Positions 1-7,698 of a stretch of DNA of 20,637 nucleotides are shown one piece after another (the first letter of the stretch is position 1; every line of letters starts with the position of its first letter). The DNA is from Arcobacter sp. (lineage in GTDB: Bacteria; Campylobacterota; Campylobacteria; Campylobacterales; Arcobacteraceae), in the NCBI GenBank assembly GCA_965662175.1, contig CBFIGT010000032.1:1-20637 (forward strand). The letters run 5' to 3'. The notes beneath the pieces were generated by a model, which saw only the letters and a program-made list of their open reading frames with translations, was not told the origin of the DNA and did no database searches. Position numbers and translations under genes: made by a program.

Positions 1-155
1 TCATCTTCACTATCAACACCACCAAATGCATGAACATAAGTGTCGCTTGGAGTTGGGAAATCTTCAACTTGTTGTGCAACAGTTGACCATATTGCTATAA
101 GAATGAAAAATACAACTGAAGGAAGAAGTATTTTTTTTAAAAGCTCTTGTCTCAT
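1..155 (-). CDS. Nitrate/nitrite/cyanate-type ABC transporter permease (NrtB-like), N-terminal part, runs off the window
   Basis: Manual translation from ATG at 155: MRQELLKKILLPSVVFFILIAIWSTVAQQVEDFPTPSDTYVHAFGGVDSED. A hydrophobic helix ending in W followed by FPTP is typical of NrtB/SsuC-type permeases. AAGGT RBS upstream; lies directly downstream of the NrtA-family gene. Not in the ORF track. Confidence 0.8.
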   Translation of the reverse strand, partial: MRQELLKKILLPSVVFFILIAIWSTVAQQVEDFPTPSDTYVHAFGGVDSED

Positions 156-180
156 TTTTTACCTTTTATTTTAGCTTGAG

Positions 181-253
181 TGATTACTCATGTTAATACT
201 TGGACTTTATAAGAAGTAGGAAGGGTAGGTCCAAGTATTAAAATCAATAATCA
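181..253 (-). other. Long intergenic stem-loop with C/U-rich loop between the binding-protein and permease genes
   Basis: Perfect 13-bp inverted repeat TTAATACTTGGAC (193-205) / GTCCAAGTATTAA (229-241), extendable imperfectly to 181-253; 23-nt loop. Confidence 0.6.
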
Positions 254-282
254 AACAAAGTGGCAAGACCACTTCGTTTGAT
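250..282 (-). terminator. Terminator-like or mRNA-stabilising hairpin just after the binding-protein stop
   Basis: Minus strand ATCAAACGAAGTGG-TCTTG-CCACTTTGTTTGAT (14-bp stem with one G-U), followed by T-rich TATTGATTTT. Confidence 0.6.
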
Positions 283-1696
283 ATGATTATTATTTAGTTA
301 CATATTTTGGATCAGCACAACCTGCTGGTCCATAATGACACTCATATTTTGGTTGAGCAGTTGTAACTTTCCAGTTATTAACTTTCATTAATTCTTCTTT
401 TGATACAAGTGAGTTTTGAACTTTAAAGTCAAAGATATAATCAACAGCTTTGTTTGGATCCCAAACTTTACCATCTAAGAATTTATTATACTCATCAACA
501 CCATCTTTTTTCCAAGCACTTGGAGGTAATTTATAATCAACTTCTTTTGCAACTTCAGCAAAAAGATCAGGTCTATATACTTTTTCAATAAGTGCTTTCA
601 TATCAACAGGTTTATCAAGTTGTCCCCATCTATACATTTGAGTAACAAACCACATTCCATGTGAATAGAATGGATATGATGCATAGTTATTTGCAAATAC
701 GTTAAACATTGGATTTGCTGAATCTACACCTTTATTATAAAGGAAAGTTCCGCTCATTGATTTTCTTAAAACATTTTTCGGAGCTTTAACATAATTGTTT
801 TGTGCTAAGTAACCAATAGCTTCTTCTCTATTTTCCCAAGATGAATCAAGCCATTTTTGAGCTTTTATAACAGCTCTCATAACTGCTTTTGTTGTTTCTG
901 GATTTTTTTCAACAAAATCTGCACGTGCTTGTAATACTTTTTCAGGATTATTATTCCAAATATCATAATTTGTAACTAAAGCTGAACCAGCACCTTTAAG
1001 TACAATTCTTGAATTCCAAGGCTCACCAACACAATACCCTTCTATATTTCCAGCAATTAAGTTTGATGGCATTGTTGGTGGTGGGAAAGGTTTAATTGTA
1101 CAATCTTCATCTGGCTTAATACCACTTGCTGCCATCCAATATCTTAACTCATAGTTATGAGTTGAAACTGGGTGTACCATACCAAAGTTAAGTGGTGCAT
1201 AGTTTGAACCCTCTTTAGTTCTTTTTGCATCAATATACTTTTTTAAAGATTCAGCAGAAACAGGTCTTTCGTCTTTATTTAAACCATATTTTTCCATCTC
1301 TTCAATAATTTTATTACCATATGTGATTGCGTTTCCATTAAAATCTAATGATAATAAAGCTTGTAAATGTGCATCACCATTGATACCAAGTGTTGCAGCA
1401 ATTGGCATACCAGCTAGTGCGTGAGAAAAATCATATTCACCAGAAATTACTTTTTGTTGAATACCTGGCCATCCACCACCTTCTTTTGCAACGTGAACAT
1501 CAAGACCTTCAGCCTCAAAGAAACCTTTTTCTTTTGCAATTACTAATGGAGCACAATCAGTTAATGCAATGAAACCAATTTTTAACTTTGTCTTTTCTGG
1601 AGCTGCTAATAAAGATCCTCGGGGCAAGCCCTTTCACGCTTAACGCGTAAAACTTTTAGCCATCTTGACGATGATGCTAAAAGCGAGGTATTCAAA

Positions 1697-2143
1697 TCAC
1701 ATATTCATATTTAACTGTCCTTGATATATCTTATTATATGTTTTCCCTTGATTCTTTACATATTTTCTTATTATTTCTTCATTTGCATATTGTCCTACTG
1801 TATTCCCATAAAACCCACTTGTCCACAACGAACCTCCCCACAACTCTTTTTTTATCTCTGGGTGTCTCTTGAATATCTCTCTTGCTGTTATACTTTTTAT
1901 TATTGTTACTATTTTTGTCAGACTTAATATTGGTACACTTTGTACTAGAAAATGTACATGATCTTCATCATTCCCTATTTCTATAAAATTTATCTCATAT
2001 CTGCAGCTTATCTCTTCACATATTTCTTTTAATGTGACATCTACTATTTCATCAAATACTTTTTTTCTATATTTTGCTGGAAATACCAAGTGGTATAAAA
2101 GAAGTGTTTTATTATGGCTTTTATATATATGTTCACTTTTCAT
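1697..2143 (-). CDS. tnpA: IS200-family Y1 (HUH) transposase TnpA, 148 aa
   Basis: YHLVFPAKYR, HUH motif DHVHFLV, LWGGSLW, catalytic Tyr in YVKNQ; all intact. Confidence 0.95.
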   Translation of the reverse strand: MKSEHIYKSHNKTLLLYHLVFPAKYRKKVFDEIVDVTLKEICEEISCRYEINFIEIGNDEDHVHFLVQSVPILSLTKIVTIIKSITAREIFKRHPEIKKELWGGSLWTSGFYGNTVGQYANEEIIRKYVKNQGKTYNKIYQGQLNMNM

Positions 2144-2149
2144 GAATTC

Positions 2150-2155
2150 ATTATA
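2150..2155 (-). promoter_or_regulatory. Putative -10 box for a leaderless tnpA transcript
   Basis: Minus strand TATAAT-GAATTC-ATG; no Shine-Dalgarno sequence before the ATG. Confidence 0.5.
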
Positions 2156-2294
2156 TCTTTTTTCGACCCAAGGGTCGGGGTATTAACCCTTCCTTAGAAT
2201 AAAGTTGAAGCAACAACTGATAATCCTAAACCAATTTTTAATACCTGTTTTAACATTTACTTTCCTTAAGTTTATTTTTCAAATCGATAAAAGT

Positions 2295-2303
2295 ATTATA
2301 ACA
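2295..2303 (-). promoter_or_regulatory. Extended -10 promoter (TGTTATAAT) of the nrtA operon
   Basis: Perfect TGnTATAAT about 40 bp upstream of ATG 2256. Confidence 0.6.
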
Positions 2304-2332
2304 AGCATAATTCAAAAAGTATACACTCCAAT

Positions 2333-2349
2333 TGTATATTTTTTATACA
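2333..2349. promoter_or_regulatory. Palindromic operator TGTATA-N5-TATACA, copy 1 (nrtA promoter)
   Basis: TGTATATTTTTTATACA; 32 bp from the minus-strand TATAAT at 2295-2300. Confidence 0.75.
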
Positions 2350-2493
2350 ATTACAACTTATTTTTACATTAATTTATTTTTTTAAAAACTGCATAAATCT
2401 ATTTAAATAGGGAAAGATTCCCTGATATAGCTATATAATGAATATTCTTATTTAAAAGAATAAAAATATTAGTGAATGTAATTTTTAAAAAAA

Positions 2494-2510
2494 TGTATAT
2501 TTTTTATACA
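2494..2510. promoter_or_regulatory. Palindromic operator TGTATA-N5-TATACA, copy 2 (NarK-type transporter promoter)
   Basis: TGTATATTTTTTATACA; 30 bp upstream of TATAAT at 2541-2546. Confidence 0.75.
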
Positions 2511-2573
2511 TTTTTTTAAAAAATTACTGTTTTTTTAATATATAATCATAAATACATTATATAAAGGAAAAAA

Positions 2574-3854
2574 ATGGCAGGACTAAAAGACCTAAAAGGT
2601 CAAGGACACACAGCTACTCTATTTATGGCATTCTTATATTTCGATATGAGTTTTATGGTTTGGACTATGCTAGGACCACTAAGTACGGAAATCACTGAAG
2701 CATTAGCTTTAGGTGGACATATTATGACAGCAGGAGAAAAAGCTACACTATTATCTCTTCCTATTTTATCAGGTGCAATTTTAAGAGTTGTACTAGGTTT
2801 TGGTGTTGATAAAATTGGTGCAAAAATGACAGCATTAATTTCTCAAGCAATTGTTATTGCAGCTTTACTAACTGCATATTTACAAGGTAACGAGATTACT
2901 TATAATCAATTACTTGTTGTTGCATTAGGTCTTGGTTTTGCTGGAGCTTCATTTGCAGTTGCACTTCCACAAGCTGGTCAATGGTATCCACCAAAACTTC
3001 AAGGTGTTGTTTTAGGAATTGCAGGTGCTGGTAATATTGGTGTTGTAATTGACTTCTTATTTGCTCCTAAAATTGCTGAAATTTGGGGATGGGAATCTGT
3101 ATTTGGTGTTGGTGCTGCAATGGCAATAGTTGTATTCTTTGCTTATTTATTTTTAGCAAAAGATGCACCTGAGTCAGTTTATAAAGCTAATCCAAAAAAA
3201 CTAAAAGATTATGGAAAACTATTAAAAGATAAAGATACATGGTGGTTTTGTCTGTTTTATGCTGTTTCTTTTGGTGGATTTGTAGGTTTTGCTGGATATA
3301 TGAAAGTTTATTTAATGAATACATATCAAGTTGATATGTCAGCTTTTGGTCTAGATGTATTAGATGAAGGAAATGTTAAAGTAATTGCTGGATATTTTGG
3401 AGCCTTATGTATTTTTGCAGGAGCTGTCTTAAGACCAGTTGGTGGGAATATTGCAGATAGAATTGGTGGAGTTAGGTCTTTATACTTTTTCTATGGAACA
3501 GTTGCACTATTAGCAATTGTAAATGCAACTGTTGCATTGCCATTTGGTGTAGCAATTTTTGTTCTTTTCTTAATCATGGCAAATCTTGGTATGGCAAATG
3601 GAGCAGTTTTCCAATTAGTTCCTCAAAGATTTGGTAAAGATATTGGTATAATGACAGGAATTGTAGGATGTGCTGGGGGTCTTGGAGGAACAGCATTAAT
3701 TCAAACTCTTGGATGGTCAAAAGGTGTATTTGATGGATATACAGCTGGATTCTTAATCTTTGCACTTGTTGTTTTTGTGGCAATTTCTGGTATTAGTTTA
3801 GTTAAAACTAGATGGAGAACAACGTGGGGTGTAACTGCTGGTGGAAGAATTTAA
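2574..3854 (+). CDS. narK: NarK/NasA-family (NNP) MFS nitrate/nitrite transporter
   Basis: About 12 hydrophobic segments; nitrate-signature-like GFAGASFAVALPQAGQWYPPKLQG and GMANGAVFQLVPQRF; conserved Arg in GAILR and VLRPVGG; AAGGA RBS. Confidence 0.9.
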   Translation: MAGLKDLKGQGHTATLFMAFLYFDMSFMVWTMLGPLSTEITEALALGGHIMTAGEKATLLSLPILSGAILRVVLGFGVDKIGAKMTALISQAIVIAALLTAYLQGNEITYNQLLVVALGLGFAGASFAVALPQAGQWYPPKLQGVVLGIAGAGNIGVVIDFLFAPKIAEIWGWESVFGVGAAMAIVVFFAYLFLAKDAPESVYKANPKKLKDYGKLLKDKDTWWFCLFYAVSFGGFVGFAGYMKVYLMNTYQVDMSAFGLDVLDEGNVKVIAGYFGALCIFAGAVLRPVGGNIADRIGGVRSLYFFYGTVALLAIVNATVALPFGVAIFVLFLIMANLGMANGAVFQLVPQRFGKDIGIMTGIVGCAGGLGGTALIQTLGWSKGVFDGYTAGFLIFALVVFVAISGISLVKTRWRTTWGVTAGGRI

Positions 3855-3872
3855 TATTTAAAGGTTAATAAA

Positions 3873-5498
3873 TTGAGTAAAAGTAACATTAAAACTTCAG
3901 GATTTACACTTGCAAAGGGTAAAGAATTAACAGGTGATGATTTTTATGATGTAAAAGTAAAAGATAATCTTACTGTTGCTGTACTTTGTGATGGTGTAGG
4001 TTCTGCCCTTGCTGGAGCTGAGGCTGCAAAAAGAGTTACTACTCATTTAATTAACAATTTTAAAAACAAACCAAATGCCTGGAGTATTGAAAAATCAATT
4101 AAAGAGTTTGTAAAATCAATAAACTCTATCCTATATCAAGAATCAATAACTCAATATGAGAGACCTGAACTTGTAACAACTCTTACTATTGTTGTTATTG
4201 ATGGAGATAGGCTACATGGTGCTAATGTTGGTGACAGTAGAATTTATATAAAAAGAGATAATAATTTAAAACAATTATCTTTTGACCACAATGAAGATGG
4301 TATGGATAATGTCTTATCCAATGCCATTGGTATCTCTCCTGAAGTCGAAATCTTTTATTTTGAAAATAATATCCAAAAAGATGATTCTATACTTTTATGT
4401 AGTGATGGTTTATACTCAATTATGAGTGAAGATATGCTTTCAAAGAATATGATAAATGGAGCAACATCTCTTGTAAAAAAAGCTAGTAAACTTATGGATG
4501 AAAATCTTCCCGATGATACAAGTGCTATAGTTATTGATATTTTAGATACAGATGAAGTCTCTAAGATGAAAAAACTTCCCCTCAATATCCCTGGAAAACT
4601 AAAAAAGGGTGATGAAATTGATGGTTATAAATTAACTTTTTCTTTAATCCAAAATGATAGAACTTGGGTTTGCCAAAAAGATGGAATAGAACATATAATA
4701 AAATTTGCACCAACAGAAGCTTTAGAAAACTCTGATATTTTAGACCTTTATGTAAAAGAGGTTTGGAATGCAAAAAGATTAAAAGCAGGTTTTTTCCCTA
4801 AAACCTATGTTCCTGAAGAGAGAAGTGCTAGATACTATCTTATGACAAAACTTGATGGAATCACTTTAAAACAATACTTGAAAAAAAGAACTTTATCTAT
4901 TGAAGAATCTATAGTTTTAACAAAAACACTTTTGAGTATGGGACAATATTTATCAAAATTTGATTTAGTTCATGGTGATATCAAACCTGAAAATATTATT
5001 GTCATAGAACGTGATGGAAAAAGAATATTTAAAGTAATAGATTTTGGTTCAATTACAGAAATATACTCAATAAATAACAAAGCAGGAACACCCTCATATT
5101 TGGCACCTGAACGTTTTAAAGAGAGTTTTATAAATGAGCAAACAGAAATTTTCTCTATTGGGGTAACTTTATATCAAAGTTTAACCAATAAATATCCATA
5201 TGGAGAGATTGAACCTTTTCAAAATCCTACTTTCAAACAAGCAAAATCTCCTAAAATATATAATAAAAATATTCCAGATTGGTTAGAGAGTGTTATTTTA
5301 AGGTCAATTGTAGTTGATGAAAACTTAAGATATGAAAACTATACAATAATGGATTATGAAATAGATAATCCAAATAAAGTAAAACCATTTTTTGACAAAA
5401 ACACTCCCTTGCTTCAAAGGGATCCTCTAAAATTTTATAAATTTGGATTTTTCTTTTTACTTATATTAAATTTTATTATGTGGTTAAAACTTCAATAG
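3873..5498 (+). CDS. Bifunctional PP2C-type phosphatase / Hanks-type Ser/Thr kinase with C-terminal membrane helix (copy 1)
   Basis: PP2C motifs LCDGVG, NVGDSRIY, LCSDGL, DDTSA; kinase motifs IIK, HGDIKPEN, DFG, GTPSYLAPE; hydrophobic C-terminus; TTG start with AAGG RBS. Confidence 0.9.
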   Translation: MSKSNIKTSGFTLAKGKELTGDDFYDVKVKDNLTVAVLCDGVGSALAGAEAAKRVTTHLINNFKNKPNAWSIEKSIKEFVKSINSILYQESITQYERPELVTTLTIVVIDGDRLHGANVGDSRIYIKRDNNLKQLSFDHNEDGMDNVLSNAIGISPEVEIFYFENNIQKDDSILLCSDGLYSIMSEDMLSKNMINGATSLVKKASKLMDENLPDDTSAIVIDILDTDEVSKMKKLPLNIPGKLKKGDEIDGYKLTFSLIQNDRTWVCQKDGIEHIIKFAPTEALENSDILDLYVKEVWNAKRLKAGFFPKTYVPEERSARYYLMTKLDGITLKQYLKKRTLSIEESIVLTKTLLSMGQYLSKFDLVHGDIKPENIIVIERDGKRIFKVIDFGSITEIYSINNKAGTPSYLAPERFKESFINEQTEIFSIGVTLYQSLTNKYPYGEIEPFQNPTFKQAKSPKIYNKNIPDWLESVILRSIVVDENLRYENYTIMDYEIDNPNKVKPFFDKNTPLLQRDPLKFYKFGFFFLLILNFIMWLKLQ

Positions 5499-5499
5499 C

Positions 5500-5516
5500 T
5501 GTATATTTTTTAAACA
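5500..5516. promoter_or_regulatory. Palindromic operator copy 3 (one mismatch), upstream of the first nitrate reductase
   Basis: TGTATATTTTTTAAACA; TATAAT boxes at 5543-5548 and 5548-5553 (26 and 31 bp downstream). Confidence 0.65.
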
Positions 5517-5585
5517 ACATTGTAAGCCTTTAATAAGTGTGTTATAATATAATATTATAATACTTTTATTAGGAGTTTAACAGTT

Positions 5586-7598
5586 ATGATAAAGTCAGTT
5601 TGTGGATATTGCGGTGTTGGTTGTGGCTTAGAGTATGATACATCTAGATTAATTGGAGATATTGCATATCCAACAAATGAAGGTTTAGTTTGTGCAAAAG
5701 GAGTTTCAGAATTAAATACAATTGAAACAAGCACTAGACTATTAAGACCAAAAGTTAGAAATAGCATATCAGATGAATTTAAAACTTTAGACTGGAATAC
5801 TTCAATTAAATATATCACATCAAAAATCAAAAAAACTAATCCTGAAAACATATCATTTTATCTATCTGGACAACTTTTAACAGAAGACTACTATATTGCA
5901 AATAAACTAGCCAAAGGTTTTATTAAAACAAATAACTTAGACACAAACTCAAGAACTTGTATGGCAAGTGCTGTTTACGCATATAAAAAAGCATTTGGAA
6001 TTGATTATGTACCGGTGAGAATAGAAGATATTAAACATACAGATTTACTTATAGTAGTTGGTGCAAATATCGCTGAAGCCCATGTTGTTTATTTTAATAA
6101 AATAAAAAAAGAGTTAAAAAGAGGTCTTAAGCTAATTGTAATTGACCCAAGATATACAGAAACTGCAAAATATGCAGATTTATATCTACCCATTAATGTA
6201 GGAACTGACATAGACTTCTTTAATCTTGTAGCAAAAAGATTAATTGATGATGGAAAAATTGATTTAGATTATATTGAAAAATATGTAAATAATTTTGAAA
6301 CATTTAATAACAAATTTAAAAGAGTTGCCAAAACTAAGATGCTAAAAAGAACAGGTCTTTCTAAAGAGCAGTTTGAAGAGTTTATGAAAATATTTTATGA
6401 AAATGAAAATATAACAAGTGCTTGGACAATGGGTTTAAATCAAAGTGTTCAAGGTGTAGACAAAAATTTATCACTTATAAATATACATCTAATAACTGGA
6501 AAAATCAATAAAAAAGGAAATGGTCCTTTTTCACTTACAGGGCAACCAAATGCTATGGGAGGAAGAGAGGTAGGTGGATTGGCAACAACACTTGCTGTTC
6601 ATTTAGACTATGAAAAGGAATCCATTGAAAAAGTTGAAGAGTTTTGGAAAACAAAAGGAATTCCTACAAAATCTGGATTAACTGCAACTGAGATAGTAAA
6701 TGAAGCTTTAAAAGGAAATATTGAGATTTTAATTATTTGTCATACTGATCCAATTTATCACTTACCAAATAGACATAAAACAGAAAAGGCATTTAAAAAA
6801 ATACCTTTAATTATTGAAATTAATGCTTATAATGATTCTCAAACTTCAAAATTTGCACATATTCAACTTCCTGCTGCTCCTTGGGGTGAAAAAGAAGGAA
6901 CACAAACAAATATGGATAGAACAATTACTAGACAAGAAAAATTAACTAGAACTTCAATTGATTGTAAACCTGATTGGGAAATATTTAAACTTATTGCGCA
7001 AGAATTAGGTTTTAATAAAGAGTTTAATTATGATAATGTACATGATATTTTTAATGAATACAAAGAGATGACAAAACTAAGTGAAAATAAACATCTAAAT
7101 ATTTATGATATTGATAATCCAAAAGATTTATTTAATAGTGCTTTTGTTTGGGGAGAAAATCTATTTAAAGATAACCAGTATTTTACTCAAAACAAAAAAG
7201 CAAATCTATTTTTTGTAGAGAATAAAAAACTCTCAGAAGAGGTATCTGAAAAATATCCATTTATTTTAATCACAGGAAGAACTAGAGACCAATGGCATAG
7301 TGGAACAAAAACTGCCCATGTTGAAAAACTAAAAAAGTTTAAAGAGTTAGAATTTGTAGAAATAAATGAAAATGATGCCTTAAAATTAGAAATTGAGACA
7401 GGTGATTTTGTAGATATATCTACAAAAAGAGGAACCGTTTGTCTAAAAGCAATTGTTACAAAAGATATAAAAGAGAGTACAATTTTTATCCCTGTAACTG
7501 TAAAATCAATAAACTACTTAACTAATGATTTATTAGATCCCATCTCTAAAGAGCCTGATTATAATCATAGTGCAGCAACAATTATAAAACTCTACTAA
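5586..7598 (+). CDS. Assimilatory nitrate reductase catalytic subunit (NasA/NasC/NarB-type Mo-bisPGD enzyme), 670 aa
   Basis: N-terminal CGYCGVGC...CAKG [4Fe-4S] motif, SGQLLTEDYY, Mo-ligand region DTNSRTCMASA, GQPNAMGGRE, TGRTRDQWH; no Tat signal. Confidence 0.88.
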   Translation: MIKSVCGYCGVGCGLEYDTSRLIGDIAYPTNEGLVCAKGVSELNTIETSTRLLRPKVRNSISDEFKTLDWNTSIKYITSKIKKTNPENISFYLSGQLLTEDYYIANKLAKGFIKTNNLDTNSRTCMASAVYAYKKAFGIDYVPVRIEDIKHTDLLIVVGANIAEAHVVYFNKIKKELKRGLKLIVIDPRYTETAKYADLYLPINVGTDIDFFNLVAKRLIDDGKIDLDYIEKYVNNFETFNNKFKRVAKTKMLKRTGLSKEQFEEFMKIFYENENITSAWTMGLNQSVQGVDKNLSLINIHLITGKINKKGNGPFSLTGQPNAMGGREVGGLATTLAVHLDYEKESIEKVEEFWKTKGIPTKSGLTATEIVNEALKGNIEILIICHTDPIYHLPNRHKTEKAFKKIPLIIEINAYNDSQTSKFAHIQLPAAPWGEKEGTQTNMDRTITRQEKLTRTSIDCKPDWEIFKLIAQELGFNKEFNYDNVHDIFNEYKEMTKLSENKHLNIYDIDNPKDLFNSAFVWGENLFKDNQYFTQNKKANLFFVENKKLSEEVSEKYPFILITGRTRDQWHSGTKTAHVEKLKKFKELEFVEINENDALKLEIETGDFVDISTKRGTVCLKAIVTKDIKESTIFIPVTVKSINYLTNDLLDPISKEPDYNHSAATIIKLY

Positions 7599-7599
7599 A

Positions 7600-7654
7600 A
7601 TGTAAAATCATCATAATCTGTATATTTTTTATACAGATTATGATGATTTTACAT
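7600..7654. repeat. Perfect 55-bp palindrome (25-bp arms, TTTTT loop) centred on operator copy 4
   Basis: ATGTAAAATCATCATAATCTGTATA-TTTTT-TATACAGATTATGATGATTTTACAT, starting 2 bp after the upstream stop codon. Confidence 0.9.
7619..7635. promoter_or_regulatory. Palindromic operator copy 4 (DmsBC-fusion promoter)
   Basis: TGTATATTTTTTATACA; 31 bp upstream of TAAAAT (7667-7672), which has an extended TG at 7664-7665. Confidence 0.75.
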
Positions 7655-7698
7655 ACTATTTAATGCTAAAATTTCTTTAATACTTTAAGGAATTCTAT

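Larger units (their letters stand above)
1609..2198 (-). mobile_element. IS200/IS605-family insertion sequence, IS200 group (tnpA only), 590 bp
   Basis: Single Y1 transposase. Subterminal hairpins at the left end (CGACCC-TT-GGGTCG, 2164-2177) and right end (1617-1688); no terminal inverted repeats. On the minus strand TTTAT abuts the left end (2199-2203) and forms the end of the right end (1609-1613). Boundaries are uncertain by a few bp because CTTTATT occurs at both junctions. Confidence 0.92.
290..2256 (-). pseudogene. nrtA: CmpA/NrtA-family ABC substrate-binding protein (nitrate/nitrite/cyanate), interrupted by IS200; segments 2199-2256 and 290-1608 join to a 458-aa ORF
   Basis: Motifs [36 protein letters not shown]. 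The true start is ATG 2256 (AAGGA RBS) encoding MLKQVLKIGLGLSVVASTL. Removing 1609-2198 gives in-frame ...[16 protein letters not shown] (1377 bp). The track's TTG start at 1627 lies inside the IS. Confidence 0.88.

Noticed and set aside
1609..1627. ORF-track start MPRGS (TTG 1627) as the real N-terminus of the binding protein
   Set aside because: It lies inside the IS right-end hairpin and gives no signal peptide; the real start with RBS is ATG 2256.
1617..1688. 72-nt cloverleaf-like fold as a tRNA
   Set aside because: No TTC-containing T-loop, D-loop GG, 7-nt anticodon loop or 7-bp acceptor stem; it is the IS end.
1390..1927. Short plus-strand ORFs 1390-1572 and 1721-1927
   Set aside because: Antisense to nrtA and tnpA, with no recognisable motifs.
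1608..2204. AATAAAG at 1608-1614 and 2198-2204 as a 7-bp target-site duplication
   Set aside because: Y1 transposases do not create TSDs; the repeat is better explained by TTTAT being both the target and the element's own right-end sequence, plus chance flanking matches.
2409..2423. Small palindrome AGGGAA-AGA-TTCCCT in the divergent promoter region
   Set aside because: Only 6-bp arms, single occurrence, and not clearly within a transcript leader; cannot be supported as an operator or ANTAR hairpin.
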